NCBI GenBank assembly: GCA_002104905.1
Contig: MCFE01000370.1
Location: 1 to 64,000, forward strand
Direction: 5' to 3'
From: Basidiobolus meristosporus CBS 931.73
Taxonomy: Eukaryota; Fungi; Basidiobolomycota
DNA: 64,000 nucleotides
In this document: positions 26,788 through 40,495 of the stretch, in pieces
Layout of the letters: each line of letters starts with the position of its first letter
How positions within the stretch are numbered: position 1 is the first letter of the stretch
Translations under genes and position numbers: made by a program
The notes under the pieces: model-generated
What the model was told of the DNA's origin: nothing
Databases searched by the model: none
Seen by the model: only the letters and a program-made list of their open reading frames with translations

Positions 26788-29700
26788 ATGACCACCCTTG
26801 ATACTGCCAAGAATTACTCGTCAACCCTTGTTGGTATAGGGACTCAACTAGCACTTACAGCCACTGTGTCTGTGTTGAGTTTTGGCGCTTTCGAGATTCA
26901 TCGAAGATGGAAATTGACAAAGCATCTTTACATTCAACGTTGTAATTTAGAAAAGTAAGTGTTATGTCCAGCCAGGGTATAGAAATTCTTCTTATACAGA
27001 CCCTCTGCTATTTAGGAACCCGTCACCACTACCGTCGACTGCTCCATTTGGTTGGATATGGACGACTTTAACCATGAATGAGGAGTTTTATCTCACTCAC
27101 GTTGGCCTGGATGCGGCCATGTATATACGATATCTCAAAATGGCATTCCAGCTTATGCTATTTAGCTCCGTTATTATCGGTGCAATAGTATTACCGCTAA
27201 ACTTCTTTGCTGCTCAAACGGATCTTGGCGAAATCGAAAAGGTTTCTATAAGAAACGTCCCCGATGGATCCAAAATGCTCTGGGTGCATTGTTTAATGAC
27301 GCATTTCTTCTCCTTCTATACGCTATATCTTTTGTACAAAAATAGCAGAGATCAAGCGTATCTTCGCATAATCTACCTTCAGGCACAGGCCAGAAAAGGA
27401 TGTATACATACTCGTACGGTGATGGTAACCCATGTTCCTGAGACTTTAAGACATGAACAGCGCCTTAGGGAGTATATCAACAGCCTGGGTGCTGGTAGTG
27501 TGGATTCTGTTGTATTTGTCCGCCAGGTCAGCAAGCTCAGCCGTAAGATCAAGCGAAGAAATAGCACGCTGGATAAACTTGAGCGCTGTCACTTGCAACT
27601 AGCGTGCGGCTTGATCAAGGATTTGAGAAAAGAGAAGCGGAAAGTATTTGGCGACGCAGACATTGACCCGGAAAAAGTACGTAAATATAATGAAATTTCC
27701 GCGAAAATACTGTCCATGGTCGACAAAGCCAAATCCCAAGAACGCTTCCCCTTGCCAATAGCAAGCACAGCCACAACACCCGATATATGGGAGCTAATGT
27801 GTCAATTCGACCGCAGCCTGCTTGACAAATATCAGCCCAAACATGGAGCGGGGCTATTTCGTACCGGTCAGCCTAGAATAAGTATTGACTACCTCCTGAA
27901 GAAATTCAATCGACTGGAGCAGCGTATTGCCGAGTTGCGTTCGTTAACAGAAAGTGCCGGTTATTATAAGCCCACCGGGACTGCTTTTGTAACATTCGAA
28001 ACACAAGTATCAGCTCAATTATGTGCCCAAAGCATCATCTCTATGACTCCGGAGTCTTGTAAAACGCGCATGGCCCCGGAACCTCGTGACCTGATATGGA
28101 CCAACCTTACTTTCAATTCACAGCACAAGCTACTACGAAAGTTTTTGGTTAACTGCAGTGTGTGGTAAGTCTTGAGCAATTACCCTGATTGGAAGAATCG
28201 AATAGATTGACCATTTCTCTTGTATCTTAGGGCTCTTACAATCCTATGGTTATTCCCTTCAACATTCTTCGTCAGTTTGGCATCGTACAATCAAATCACT
28301 GCGAAGTGGCCGTGGTTTGAAGTAGTTGCCAAAGAAAACCCTTGGATACGAAATCTGATCGAAACCATGCTACCATCGATACTTATCTCTCTCTTTATGA
28401 TTGCGATGCCAAACATAATGCTAGGTATTTTCAAACAGTATTCCGCCAATTTCAAATCACTGTGCTTAAAGGTTGTCATTTCATAGCTCTATCCTCCTTC
28501 GATAGCTTTTCGTCACACTCGCAGTTGGAATTTGCGTCGATCAATCGTTATTACCGCTTTGCAATCTTCAACGTCTTGTTTGTATTTCTTCTAGGCAATA
28601 CCTTCATCAAGGTCATCCTTGCCATCATTCAGGCTCCTACAAGCATCTTTCAGGTCCTTGCTGAACACATCCCTAAGGTAGGAGTCGTATCGCTAACTTG
28701 CTAGCATCATCAGCTAACCTGTCACTTGAAGGGTGCAGCATTTTTCATCAACTATGTGATACTTCAAACCTGTTCACATGGCCTTGAAATTCTTCAAGTG
28801 GGCGCTCCTCTATTTCACTGCTATGCTTTCGCTAATTCTTGGGTCTCCAAAACGCCGCGTGACTTACAGACACATAGAAAGCCTTGGCCATTTCCATTCT
28901 ATTATTATCTTCCCACCCATATTCTCGTTTTGGTTATATGCATCACCTACTCCATAATCAATCCTTTGATTCTTTTCTTTGGGACTATATATTTTGGAAT
29001 CGCCATTCTTGTTTATAAGTATCAGTTTGCCTATGCTTACGTGAAGAGCTATGAAGCAAATGGCAAGATTTGGAAATACATTTTCCGATATGTAGGTCAC
29101 GGCCTTATCATATTCCAGATTACAATGCTGGGCCTGATTTCTCTCAAGAACTCGTTTGTCTCTGCTATGACGTTGATTCCATTGATTGGATGCACCATCT
29201 ACTTCATGTACATTTGCCGAAGCACATACCGGGGCCACACAAAATACGTACCACTTGATGCACTCTATGAGCGCGAAGAAGCCATGGAGAACATGTGCTC
29301 GAACACTTTCAAAGCAGCACCGAACACCAGCACCACTTCAGGCGACGCTGGTAAATGCGATGTATCTTCTCCTCGAAGCTCAAGGTCAACTTTCTCAAGT
29401 GACCCCACTGCACCCTTGGTGACAGATATCTCGAACAACACCTCAGACAAGGTCACTGATACTAAGAGTAAGAGTGATGAGGCCATGGCATGCGAGCCCA
29501 GTATTGAAGGAATAACGGTTCCGAAACGGCGTGTTGCCTGTCCTGGAAATGAACCAATTGCAGTTGGCACATATCCATTACCATCGGCCAGCTCTTCCTA
29601 TCACAAACCTTTGGAATTGGATATGAAATCCCCCGTCAAACAGAAGTTAGCCAAAATCCAGCAACAAATACTGTCTTCTCCGTTGCTTTCGCTTCTGTGG

Positions 29701-30384
29701 CAACTGCCCACGGGCCATGGCCATGCCGTCCATCCCCACATTGATCCCACAAAGATCCCCACCATTCCTGTCCTTGCCAACAGAGAGATCCACCAGGACG
29801 ATACAAACCCATATGAAACATATCTTCATCCTGATCTTATCAGACCGTTGCCTAGGTATCTCTGGCTTCCCCAAAACCCGTTCCGGCATTTGTACAACTT
29901 GGACAGGGAGATATTTGATTTGGAGTCCGCGATTACCTCCTCTGTGTTTGTACCCTCCTCGTTGGGCGGGGATTCTACTCTCGGCTTCCGAGGCCACATC
30001 GTCCCGTCCACGCGGCGAGCGCGCACTGTGCGGGACACGTCCCATGCAACTACCAAGCTGCCGTTCCTGCTTAATACTGTGCGGTCCATGACACGAAAGC
30101 AAAGTGCCGCCGATGAGACTGGAAAGTTTCAGACGGATCCTGCCGACATTTCTGAGACTGTAACCATGTCCCGCAGCAGGCCAGTTTCTGGTCTGATGAA
30201 TTTAATTCGGTCATACTCGTGGAGACCCATAGCCGAGGGTGAAATGTCCAGCATGCCACGCTCCATAAGTATGACAGAGTTTCCAGAGCACCTTGACGAC
30301 GAAGCGCATAGTGAACATGCCATGAATATTGAAGACGGCGAATATTCACCACGAAGCTCAATCTCTAGTGGCAGAAGCGTCTAA
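26788..30384 (+). CDS. OSCA/TMEM63/CSC1 (DUF221, Rsn1-like) mechanosensitive cation channel, multi-exon
   Basis: GLDAAMYIRYLKM, LWVHCL, TRTVMVTHVP, TGTAFVTFET, MAPEPRDLIWTNL, AAFFINYVILQ, YSIINPLILFFG..YKYQFAYAY, YEANGKIW. Confidence 0.92.
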
Positions 30385-30735
30385 GGCATGAAGTCTAGGA
30401 AATACGATCCATGTAAATTATCAATTAATAACAATCATAATAATACATTGATGCTGATTTCTCCAGCAATTACATCATGTTAGATTACAATATAAATAAA
30501 CTTGATCAATTCATTGCCTAATACACAAACTTCGTGCAAGTTGGATGAAGAGTCGTCATTCTACTAAATAAGGCGGATTGTACAGCTTATAGGCAATCAT
30601 TTTTACTCCGCTTTTAGTTTACGACAGTGAACCTCGATTCGTAACAAGTGTTACAGTCATTCTCTTGAACTTTTCGTTTCGTTCAACACAAGAAACCCTA
30701 GACTTGCTTCCATCAATTCAGTAGTATACAGCACA

Positions 30736-33700
30736 ATGGATTCCGACCTATATAATGGACTTGGCCATCGAAAATCACAGTCAACCTCAGAACGCTCTAA
30801 CGTTACTGCCGACTCTAGAATTACGAGAACCTTTTCAGCCTCTAGTACCACTTCACTTGGTCAATACGGAGATATGGTCTACTCAAACAATATAAACGAC
30901 TACGAGATTTTGTCCCCTATCGGTAAGATGCACATATGGATTCCGCGACCAATCTCCCTGGAATGGCCACTCATCATTCGTCTTTAGGGTTTGGCTCGTC
31001 AGCTGTTGTACATATGGCGATATATAAGCCCTTGCAGAAGAAAGTTGCCATCAAGATGATTGATCTGGATTTCTTCGAGCGGAATCAGATTGATGAACTC
31101 AGAGTTAGTACCAGACATTCAACTTGATCTCCCAATTATGCCATATACTTGTTTCTAAGTGCTTGTGTTACTACTTGTTCTAGAGAGAAACACAGGTCAT
31201 GTCGCTCTGCAAACACCCTAATGTTCTACGTGTTCATGGGTCTTTTGTCCACGGGTCCAAATTATATTTAGTTACCCCGTACTTGTCTGGAGGTACGTTT
31301 CAAGGATACCTCTATTTCCTAGGCGGCATATCGGCATATGTTAACTTTTGAGCATAGGTTCATGCCTCGATATAATGAAAACAGCACACCCTGATGGATT
31401 CGATGAAGCTTCCATTGCTACCATCCTCAAGCAGACCTTACAAGGGTTAGAATACCTTCACAAAAATGGGCATATTCATCGGTCAGTGAGTCCGGTTAGT
31501 TTCGTACGGGTGGAATGTTGACTAATAGGAAATGTAAAGTGATGTAAAAGCTGGAAATCTACTAGTCGATGAAACTGGCTCTGTTCTTCTAGCAGACTTC
31601 GGCGTCAGCTCGTCGCTTTCAGAAAGCGGTGAGCGCAAAGGAATGCGGAAAACGTTCGTAGGCACTCCGTGTTGGATGGCGCCGGAAGTTATGGAGCAGG
31701 TTACATGCCCAATGAACAGCTATACCCTGATTTAGTGTACTAATTCACCATATAACACAGGCCGGGTATGATTATAAGGCTGATATATGGTCTTTTGGCA
31801 TTACGGCCATTGAGCTTGCCACAGGCCACGCCCCACTAGCCAAATTCCCCCCTATCAAGGTAATTCGTTTTGTCAAGTAGCTATGCAAGTGCCTTTCTTT
31901 ATTGACACGTCATCTCTCTAGGTGTTGATGATGACCCTCTCCAATGATCCACCTACCCTCGATAGAGATAGTACGAAGCATAGATATTCTAAAGGGTTCA
32001 AGGAGATGATTGACCTTTGTCTGCAAAAAGATCCAAAGAGAAGGTAGCTAATACCAAGCTTAGATATCCTGTCTAAACTCTTTTGGAACTAAATGAACTC
32101 AAAACAGACCAACCGCCGAGAAGCTCCTTCAACACTCGTTCTTTAAGCAGGCTAAGAAGAAGAATTATCTTTTGGCTACTATCCTTAGTAATTTGCCACC
32201 ATTGGAGAATCGCCAACGCAAAAGTAACTTACACCTTTAGTGATTCTTTGCTGACCCCAACTCTAACGGATCTCTCGACGCCTTCTAGAGCTCAGCACTA
32301 AACAAGTAATTCCTCCTCAAGTTGTCTCCTGGGATTTTTCGGAGAGGGATCCTACAACATTTGACGACAATATCGGTGAACCTGCCAACGAACCTGCTAG
32401 CGAGCCTGTTGATGAACCTGCAGTTGAAAGAAGACCTAGAGTGACGATCATTGCACCTGGAGAAGAAATCAAAGATGCTGCTCAACCCCAATCCCAGCAG
32501 CCTCAACTCCAACCTCAATCCCAAAATCAGCCCAACCCATCACCTTCTGTCGTCGAAGATAACCCACAAGCATCACAACCAGCTTCACAGACATCCAATA
32601 ATCCTGCCCCACCTGCTAGCATCAACCCGACAGCCAACCCACCTGCACCAGTCACCACCGCAGCTGCACCAAAGAAAAGCAGGTTTGTAATTGATACTGG
32701 AAGCGAGCCTATCCCTCAAGAGACTCTTCCACCACCATTACCTACCCCTTCATCCGAAGTTCCCCCCAAGCTTGAGCAAGGCAATGTCAAGGTCGGTCTG
32801 GGTGTAACAACTGATTCTCTTAATCCCCCGGAATCAAAAAAAGGTAGTCATCATACGTTTCATTCTACCTGATGTCACGGTAGTGTTGCTAAGACTCTCC
32901 ACCCAAGCCCCAGAACAGAAAAGAAGTAGGTTTGAGGTGAATTCATCCCCAAGCACTGTGCCACAACCTATGGCCCGTGCGGACTCGCATGATAGCGCCC
33001 TACCTGCACTTTCCCGAGAATCATCTGTAACACGGGCGAGTAGATTTACGGTTGACTCTCCACTCGCCACAGCCCCACCCTCGGAGCCATTCTCCTCCAC
33101 TTCTAGTAGAAGAGGCAGGTTCGAACTCTCCTCTGGAAGTAGAAGCACATCACAATCGGGAATCAATAGCGAACTACCCTCGCCTGTTGGTAAGGGAGCA
33201 CCATGCTAGTCACTTGGATATATTGAATTACTGACATTTTTGTTTGCAGTTGCCCAAGAGGGAGGTTATCATGCACCAAACATAGCTAGCGCCTCATCCA
33301 ATATCTCTTCACCAAATACCTCGATCAATCGTGATCAAGGCCTTCGGATGGACCAAATGCTAGTAGAGAATTTGCATCATCAAATAGAAACCATGTACCG
33401 TCAGAATGAAGCGCAACGCATGATGATGGGAGAACTCTGGACCAACATTGGCTTAATAGGAAAAGGAAACTATGTTCCTCCCAATCTCTCACAAAGGTAG
33501 CTTCCCCCTCACAACAGTCCCACATTTGTGTATGTGTACTAAGAGAATATGTTTAGGCCTACCACCGATTTAGTAAGTACACTATCCAACCTCGATCTAC
33601 ACGTGCATTCAGTGGTCCGGGAAAACGAGCTTCTAAGGAAAGAAAACGAAACGTTAAGACGCGAATTGGAGCATATGAGGATGCTTCTCAACAGCCCTAA

Positions 33701-33743
33701 TTCGCTTAAAAGTGGTGAGATCAGCGGGAACGAGTTAAAGTAA
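30736..33743 (+). CDS. STE20/GCK-VI-like (OSR1/SPAK/Fray-like) Ser/Thr kinase with a long disordered tail and C-terminal coiled coil, multi-exon
   Basis: Spliced: [105 protein letters not shown]. Confidence 0.9.
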
Positions 33744-34107
33744 CGACCGTAGGCGATGTATTGAATACCCACTCTTCCGCTGCTTGACTTGAATTTATTA
33801 AGAAATCTACCCAACAACTATAAATAAATGAATGAATTGAGATTTATTAAACTGGGCCGTAACCAACCCACCGAAACCGAAAATTCTCGCCACAACTGTC
33901 GGGTTGCTCAACAGGTTGAATTTTTTGCATTCACCAAGGCCGCTAATTATTTTTTTTTTACCAGTCACCTTTGATTGGATTATGAATCATTTTCTTGAAT
34001 GGTTCATATTTTTTTTTCTTCGTCCTGTCTTATTTCCAAGTGAAGTAGGATTCTCCAACGTTGGATACTACCATCGGTATCATCGCTTACCACCTTTGAT
34101 TTGAGCA

Positions 34108-36155
34108 ATGGCCAAGATTAAGCAGAAGGGAAAGTCCGGGGCCGCCGTGAACTACATCACCAGAAACCAAGCTATCAAGAAGCTTCAAGTAACTCTTGCT
34201 GACTTCAGGCACTGAACCAGTCCCTTTGTCCCATTGCTGCCCAACTCGAACTAACCAGGTTTTTTCAACCCTTACAGACGCTTGTGTATTCTTAAGGGAA
34301 TCTATCCCAGAGAGCCCAAGAACAAGAAGAAGGCCAACAAGGGTTCCACCGCGCCCGCCACCTTTTACTATACCAAGGATATCCAATACCTTTTACATGA
34401 GCCCTTGATTCAGAAGTTCAGAGATCACAAGATTTTCGTTCGTAAGCTCGGCAAAGCTCTCGGCAAAGGGCAAACCAGCGTTGTGAATAACTTGCAGAAC
34501 AACAAGCCAGTGTACACTTTGGATCACATCGTCAAAGAAAGGTACATATCAAGGATGTCCACTGAATGGCTTGGTGCCCGTTATTAACTCGAGAACTTTC
34601 CCTCAGATATCCCTCTTTCACCGATGCCCTTAGAGATTTGGATGACGCTTTGTGCATGGTGTTCCTGTTCGCCAATTCCCCAGCCACCGACAAAGTTCAA
34701 CAAAAGAGTGTACAGGAGTGCCGTAGACTTAGTGCTGAGTTCCAGCACTACGTTATGCAGACCCGTAGTTTGAGAAAGGTCTTCTTGTCCATCAAGGGTA
34801 TCTATTACCAATGTGAGATCAAGGGGCAGACCATCTCCTGGTTGGTTCCCTATCAATTCAGTCAGGATGTTCCCACCGATGTAGACTTCAGAGTGATGAA
34901 CAGTTTCTTGGAATTTTACCAAACATTGATCGGATTCGTCAACTACAAACTATACACCGACGAGAACCTCGTGTATCCTCCCAAACTCGACCAGTCCAAA
35001 GAGGATGGAGCTGCGGGTTTGGACGCCTATGTTTTGGAATCCACCAAGGCCGTGGACATGGACGTTTCTTCCGAACCACAGGAAGTCAGCGAGAAGTCTA
35101 CACAAGAGGTAAGCCATGGAAGCATTGTGCACTCGGAATGGAATGGAATAGAATTAACCCTGAACCTTTCGACGTTATAGTCTGTGAAGAAGTCTGAGAA
35201 GCGTCTTGGCTCTCTTGCTGCTAAAATCGCAAACATCAAGGACACCTCGGTCTCCGAGACCCGCGTCGAGGAAGGAAAGGAGGAGGATGCCATGGACGAA
35301 TTCCCAGAGGAGTTGAACCAAGAAGGAAAGGTGTTCAGCTTAAGCGATGTCAAGGCTGCCTCCAATGCCCTGAACACTCTGCAGTCCTTGTTCAGCAACC
35401 AAGTGATCTACCTTTCCCGCGAAGTCCCTAAGTTCTCTTTGGAGTTCGTTATCAAAGCTTTCGGTGGTAAGGTCGGGTGGGATGCATCCGTCTCTGCTGG
35501 ATCGCCCTACAACGAGAACGACCAGCGTATCACCGTCCAAATCTGCGATCGTCCCACTCAAGGACATATGTTCTTGTCCAGAAAGTACGTTCAACCCCAA
35601 TGGATTTATGATTGCGTGAATGCCATGAAGCTCCTCTCTGTTGACCAGTATGCCCCTGGTGCCTCCCTCCCTCCTCATTTGTCTCCATTCGTCGAGTACA
35701 AGGAAGGAGATTATGTTCCTGAAGCTGCCGGCTTCAGTGGGGAGACTGAGGATATCAACAAGGAGGATGTTGAAAACGAGGAGGAGAGCGATGACAGTGA
35801 GGATGAAGGGGAGGAGGATGCCGAAAACGTTGAGGAGCAGGCTCCTGTTACTATGACTGCTGAAGAATCTGAGCACCAGAAGGAACTCGAGGCCGAGGCA
35901 GCTGGCGTTGCTTTCTCTGAATACCAACAAAAGCAAGGCAAGAAGAGCACCAAGAAGGCGCCCAAGATCAGCAAGGAGAAGCAGGAAGAGGCTGAAGCCA
36001 AGGAACTTGCCAAGATCATGATGCCCAAGAAGAAGCGTCAACTCTACAACAAGATCCAACACAGTAAGGGCAAGATTGCTGACGAGACCAACAAACTCAA
36101 GAGAAGAAAGCAGGAGTTGGATGCTAAAGCCAAGAAGCAAAAGAAAGCTCAATAA
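34108..36155 (+). CDS. NOP7: Pescadillo / Nop7 (BRCT-containing ribosome biogenesis factor), 4 exons
   Basis: [87 protein letters not shown]. Confidence 0.95.
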
Positions 36156-36501
36156 TACTCACTCTACTAGATTAGCTACCTTACCCCTTCATCCGTTATG
36201 TATTGTTAATTCAGCGACTCGTTCGGTTGTTTCTCTTATTATATAGTTTTCGGTTACTTTCCACGCCAAGTATCTCAGCTCTACTTTATATATTTGGAAA
36301 AGTCTTTTACGATCTTTGATCCTCATTCTATCACTAAACATGTCCATCCCACTAAACAATAAATACGTATAGACCAACGGACTTGGGATCTTTTCTGGTT
36401 GAGCGGATTCAATTTCCGGGTGATTTTTTAAGCTTGTCACGAAATATCTCCATATCGTCAGCTGCGCATTGATCCGAAACCCCCTTACCCTTGGCTTAGC
36501 A

Positions 36502-37974
36502 ATGACTTCAGAGATATCCGTATTCACTTTGAACTGCTGGTAAGTGCGAGGTTTGCGGTCCGTCTACCAGCGCACCAACATTAAATCCACGTTAAACTCA
36601 GGGGCCTGAAGTTTGTATCAGAGAAGCGACGTCAACGCTTGAATGCCATCGCCCAATATTTGGCCGAATCCAAGTACGACATTGTTGGGCTTCAAGAGTT
36701 GTGGGTGTTTGAGGACTTTGAGAGCGTCCGCCGGATCGTCTCCGAAGCCTTACCCTTTTCACGGTTCTTTCATACCGGCGTGTTTGGTGCTGGTTTGGCC
36801 ATCTTCTCCAAGTTTCCCCTTGTGAACGGGTTTGCTAGACCGTACTCGCTTAATGGAAATCCTTTGAAGGTGTTTCAAGGAGATTGGTACGTTGCTAAAG
36901 CGGTTGCCTGTTGCCATCTGTTACATCCCACCGCTGGCATCATTGAGGTCTATAACACCCATGTAAGTCGCTTTCTCTTGACCCGTCCTTTTCTTTGGCA
37001 AAGCTGAATCGTGAGCTTACGTTCAGTTGATCGCTCAATACAGCAGCAAAGATGAAAACTCTTACCATCGAGCTGCTCAGGGCTGGGAGCTTACACGTCT
37101 GATAGCAGAGGCTGTGAAAAATGGAAACCACATTATCGCGGTTCGTTCAAGAAAATATTACGGATAAAGTAGTGTCCACACATCTCACATATGTGATTGT
37201 TCCATATAGCTTGGTGACTACAACAGTAAGCCAGACAACCTGGTGATTAACATGTTGAAATCCTACGGGGGCCTAACCGACTCTTGGGATCAGATACATC
37301 GCTCCAGAATGAGGGATGTCACATACAATCCCAATATGAACGTCGATGATATTGTCCGTATGAACGGATTAACCTGCGATGTCCCCTCAAATACATTCAC
37401 CAAGCGAAAGCTGAAGCAGCAGATGGACAACCAGCTGCCTGGGGAGCGCTTAGATTACATCTTCTACTCCCAGAATCCCTACATGAGATGTAAGGATTCC
37501 CAGGTGTGCCTTACCGAACTTATCCCGGGACTTGGATGCTCCTTCTCGGATCACTTCGCCGTCACATCCACCTTCGACATCGCGAATAAAGACACCGGCA
37601 ACCCGGTGGAGGACTTCAACGTCGGATCGATGGACACCCCCGGGGAATCACTCAAGGACGAGAAGCTGATTGAGGTGCTGCTGCATCTTCTGTGGGCGGG
37701 CTTGAAGAATACCCAGCATCGACGCAACGGCTACTACTGGAGATTCTGGATCTCCCTGTTCATCACATTCATCCTCCTATTCCTGGTTCCCACTGCCCAA
37801 CTGCCAGTCTGGCTGTCGGTCGTCTCCAATATCGCCATGCTGGCGGTGGGGATATACGCCTTCACCTTCTTCTTGGTCTCCATACTGTACGTGAGAAACG
37901 AAGATGGCGCCTTCCGAAGAATCTTCGAGGACGTCGACACGCTTAAAAATGCAAAGATGTTCAACTCCAATTGA
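36502..37974 (+). CDS. ISC1: Inositol phosphosphingolipid phospholipase C / neutral sphingomyelinase (Isc1/Css1/SMPD2), multi-exon
   Basis: FTLNCWGLKFVS, DIVGLQELW, GAGLAIFSKFP, GDWYVAK, YNTH, GDYNS, TCD..NT, RLDYIF, SDHFAV, two C-terminal TM segments. Confidence 0.9.
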
Positions 37975-38296
37975 TTGGATGTGTGTGTGGCCATTGGCTG
38001 GTTGGAATAAACTTCTGAGGTTTATTTTGGGGACTATGTGCACCAGGGTAAAGATGGGAATTAAAAGTTGAGTTTACATAACGAGGAAGAGGTGAAGGTT
38101 GGATGCGAATGGCGGGAAAAAGTTAGTATGGACTTTGTATAAAACAACTTGAAAAAATTGGTTGGATAGGAGAAGACCTGGCAAATAGAAAGCGAGTGAA
38201 TGGCATCGGTTAAAAAATACAGGGATTTTGAGTGGTTTGATGGAACGTATTAGATCTAGCTGGTGGAGGGTGGTAATCGGCTGCATCCTTGAGAAT

Positions 38297-39904
38297 CTAC
38301 TGTTGGAAACTGAATCCGCCTTGTGGCATCGACACATCGGATTGGAAGGTGAAGGCACCAGTGTCAGCATCCACTTGGGGAGCAAGGCCGGTATCTTCAT
38401 CCTCTTCCTCACCGAAGTACTTATCGATGATGTTGTAGGCCTTCTGGTAGATCTGGATGTTGTCGTGGATTTGGAGGTTGTGGATCTTCTCCATACCACC
38501 GGCCTCCTCTACGAAGAGGGCAAATTGGTTCTCGCCATTGATTTCCTTGTCCATCTCACCGACCTTGAGGATATTCTCAATGCCGTCCAAAGCAACCTGG
38601 ATGATCTTGTTGTCCATGCAGGTGAGGAGGTCGCACAAAGGCTTAATACAACCGGCCGAAACAAGATATTTAACCTGTTCGGGTCTGGCCAAGCCACCGG
38701 AGGTGGCATTGGAGATGGCCCAACAAGCCTCCTTCTTGGTCTTGAAGTCGGCGACCTCAAGAACATGGACAAGAGGGGGGATAAGGTTGGCATCAATGAC
38801 GAATTGGATTTGATCAGGAGTACCGGCGGTGATGTTGGAGATGGTCCAGCAAGCCTCCTTTCTGATACCATCCTTGGGGCTGGAAAGAAGGCTGAGAAGA
38901 GCAGCCAAGCAGCCAGAGTTGATCATGATTTGGGTTTGTTGGTCATCACCAGTGACGATGTTACCAACAGTACGCAAAGCTGGAGTTTGAACGGTGGTAG
39001 AAGGATGCATCAACAACTCGACCAGACGGCGGCAAACACCGGACTCGATAACGGCCTGGATCTTCTCGTTGGATCCGTCAGACATGTAGGAAAGAGCCCA
39101 GCAAGCATCTCCAAGAACCTCATCATCGTGAGAGTACAAAAGCTTGTTAAGGGTGGGAAGAGCAGGGGCAATAAGTGACCAATCAGGCTGAGGGTTCTTG
39201 CCACGGCAGAAGTTGGAGAGGGTCCAGGTGGCGTTACGGACCATGGAGATCTTGTTGTTCTCGTTCAAGAGAGTAAGCAAGTTAGGAAGAGCTCCGGCTT
39301 GCAAAACATAATCACGGCAACGGGCAGAATCACCGGCAATGTTACCAAGAGCCCAGACGGCTTGTTCCTTAACGTCGGCAACGTGGCTGTTGAGTAACTC
39401 AACGAAAATAGGAACGGCACCACTTTCAATCACAACCTGGGTTTGGTGGGAGGATCCAGAAGCAATGTTGGTAAGAGCCCAGGCGGACTCGAACTGGAGG
39501 AGAGAGTGAGGGGAGCGCAAAAATTCGACGAATCTGCTCACAACACCACAGGCAATGACCTCTTCAATAGGGGGGTTGGTTTCCTTGGAAAGGAGCTTAC
39601 GGAATTTGGTGCAAGATTGAAGGGCGACCTCGACGTTATCGGAGTAGAGATCTTGAACCATACCGGGAAGTTGCTCTTGCAATTGAGCGGCGGCGGCTGA
39701 GGCCATCTGGTCATCTTCCTCGTCGCTGTCCGACATCTCGCCATCAGGGATGAACATGTTTCTCTTCTTAGCAAGAGACTCTTCGCGCTTTTGCTTACGA
39801 ATTTCAACTTGAGCCTCTTCACGTCTGCGTCTGAGTTCGTCGGCCTTGAACATGGCCTTGGACTTGTAAGCATTACGTCTATGTTCGGGGACTCTGGATT
39901 CCAT
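38297..39904 (-). CDS. SRP1: Importin subunit alpha, single exon
   Basis: IBB domain ([26 protein letters not shown]), ARM repeats with [40 protein letters not shown]. Confidence 0.98.
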   Translation of the reverse strand: MESRVPEHRRNAYKSKAMFKADELRRRREEAQVEIRKQKREESLAKKRNMFIPDGEMSDSDEEDDQMASAAAAQLQEQLPGMVQDLYSDNVEVALQSCTKFRKLLSKETNPPIEEVIACGVVSRFVEFLRSPHSLLQFESAWALTNIASGSSHQTQVVIESGAVPIFVELLNSHVADVKEQAVWALGNIAGDSARCRDYVLQAGALPNLLTLLNENNKISMVRNATWTLSNFCRGKNPQPDWSLIAPALPTLNKLLYSHDDEVLGDACWALSYMSDGSNEKIQAVIESGVCRRLVELLMHPSTTVQTPALRTVGNIVTGDDQQTQIMINSGCLAALLSLLSSPKDGIRKEACWTISNITAGTPDQIQFVIDANLIPPLVHVLEVADFKTKKEACWAISNATSGGLARPEQVKYLVSAGCIKPLCDLLTCMDNKIIQVALDGIENILKVGEMDKEINGENQFALFVEEAGGMEKIHNLQIHDNIQIYQKAYNIIDKYFGEEEDEDTGLAPQVDADTGAFTFQSDVSMPQGGFSFQQ

Positions 39905-40495
39905 GATATGATTTGTTTAGGGGGGGCAGTACGAATACGAGGAAAAGTAAATAGAGACGGTGCAAAGTAAGTTCCCTACGGCGAAGGGGTTTTTAAAAAA
40001 GAAAAAAATCCGCTAGCTCCCTGATGATGTATACTCTGTGATGATAATGTTCTCTGGAAAAAGGGACCCATCCTCTGTCCCTTTGAGGGACCTCGTCCTG
40101 GCAGTGAGCATCGAGGGTTCGAGAAACCAATGGCATTTGAAGGGAGAAGTCTAGGGATGTTTCCAAATTTGGGAAATGGGGACCACTGGTTGAACTGGAG
40201 GGGTACCATTTGTTTTGGCCAGCTTGAAAACAATAAACAAACGAAAATTTTCCTGATACTTCGTTTGGGGATGCTGGAGAACCGGTTTCCTTTTGAGGAA
40301 ATGTAAATAATAGGTGGTTGATGTGAAGATTGGAGGGGTCCTTGGTGTGAGTATTGGAGGGGTCGTTGGTGAGCACCTTAAAATTCGGCATTAATCCGGC
40401 CAGCTTCACTCTGTATTCAGATCAAAACAACACAAGTTCTAAATAAACATTGTTATCAAGATTTCGGACCTACCTGGTGGGTGTACAAGTTGGGA

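Noticed and set aside
36189-36527. 112-aa minus-strand ORF between NOP7 and ISC1
   Set aside because: Starts at GTG, is AT-rich, overlaps the ISC1 start and has no recognisable motif; most likely chance.
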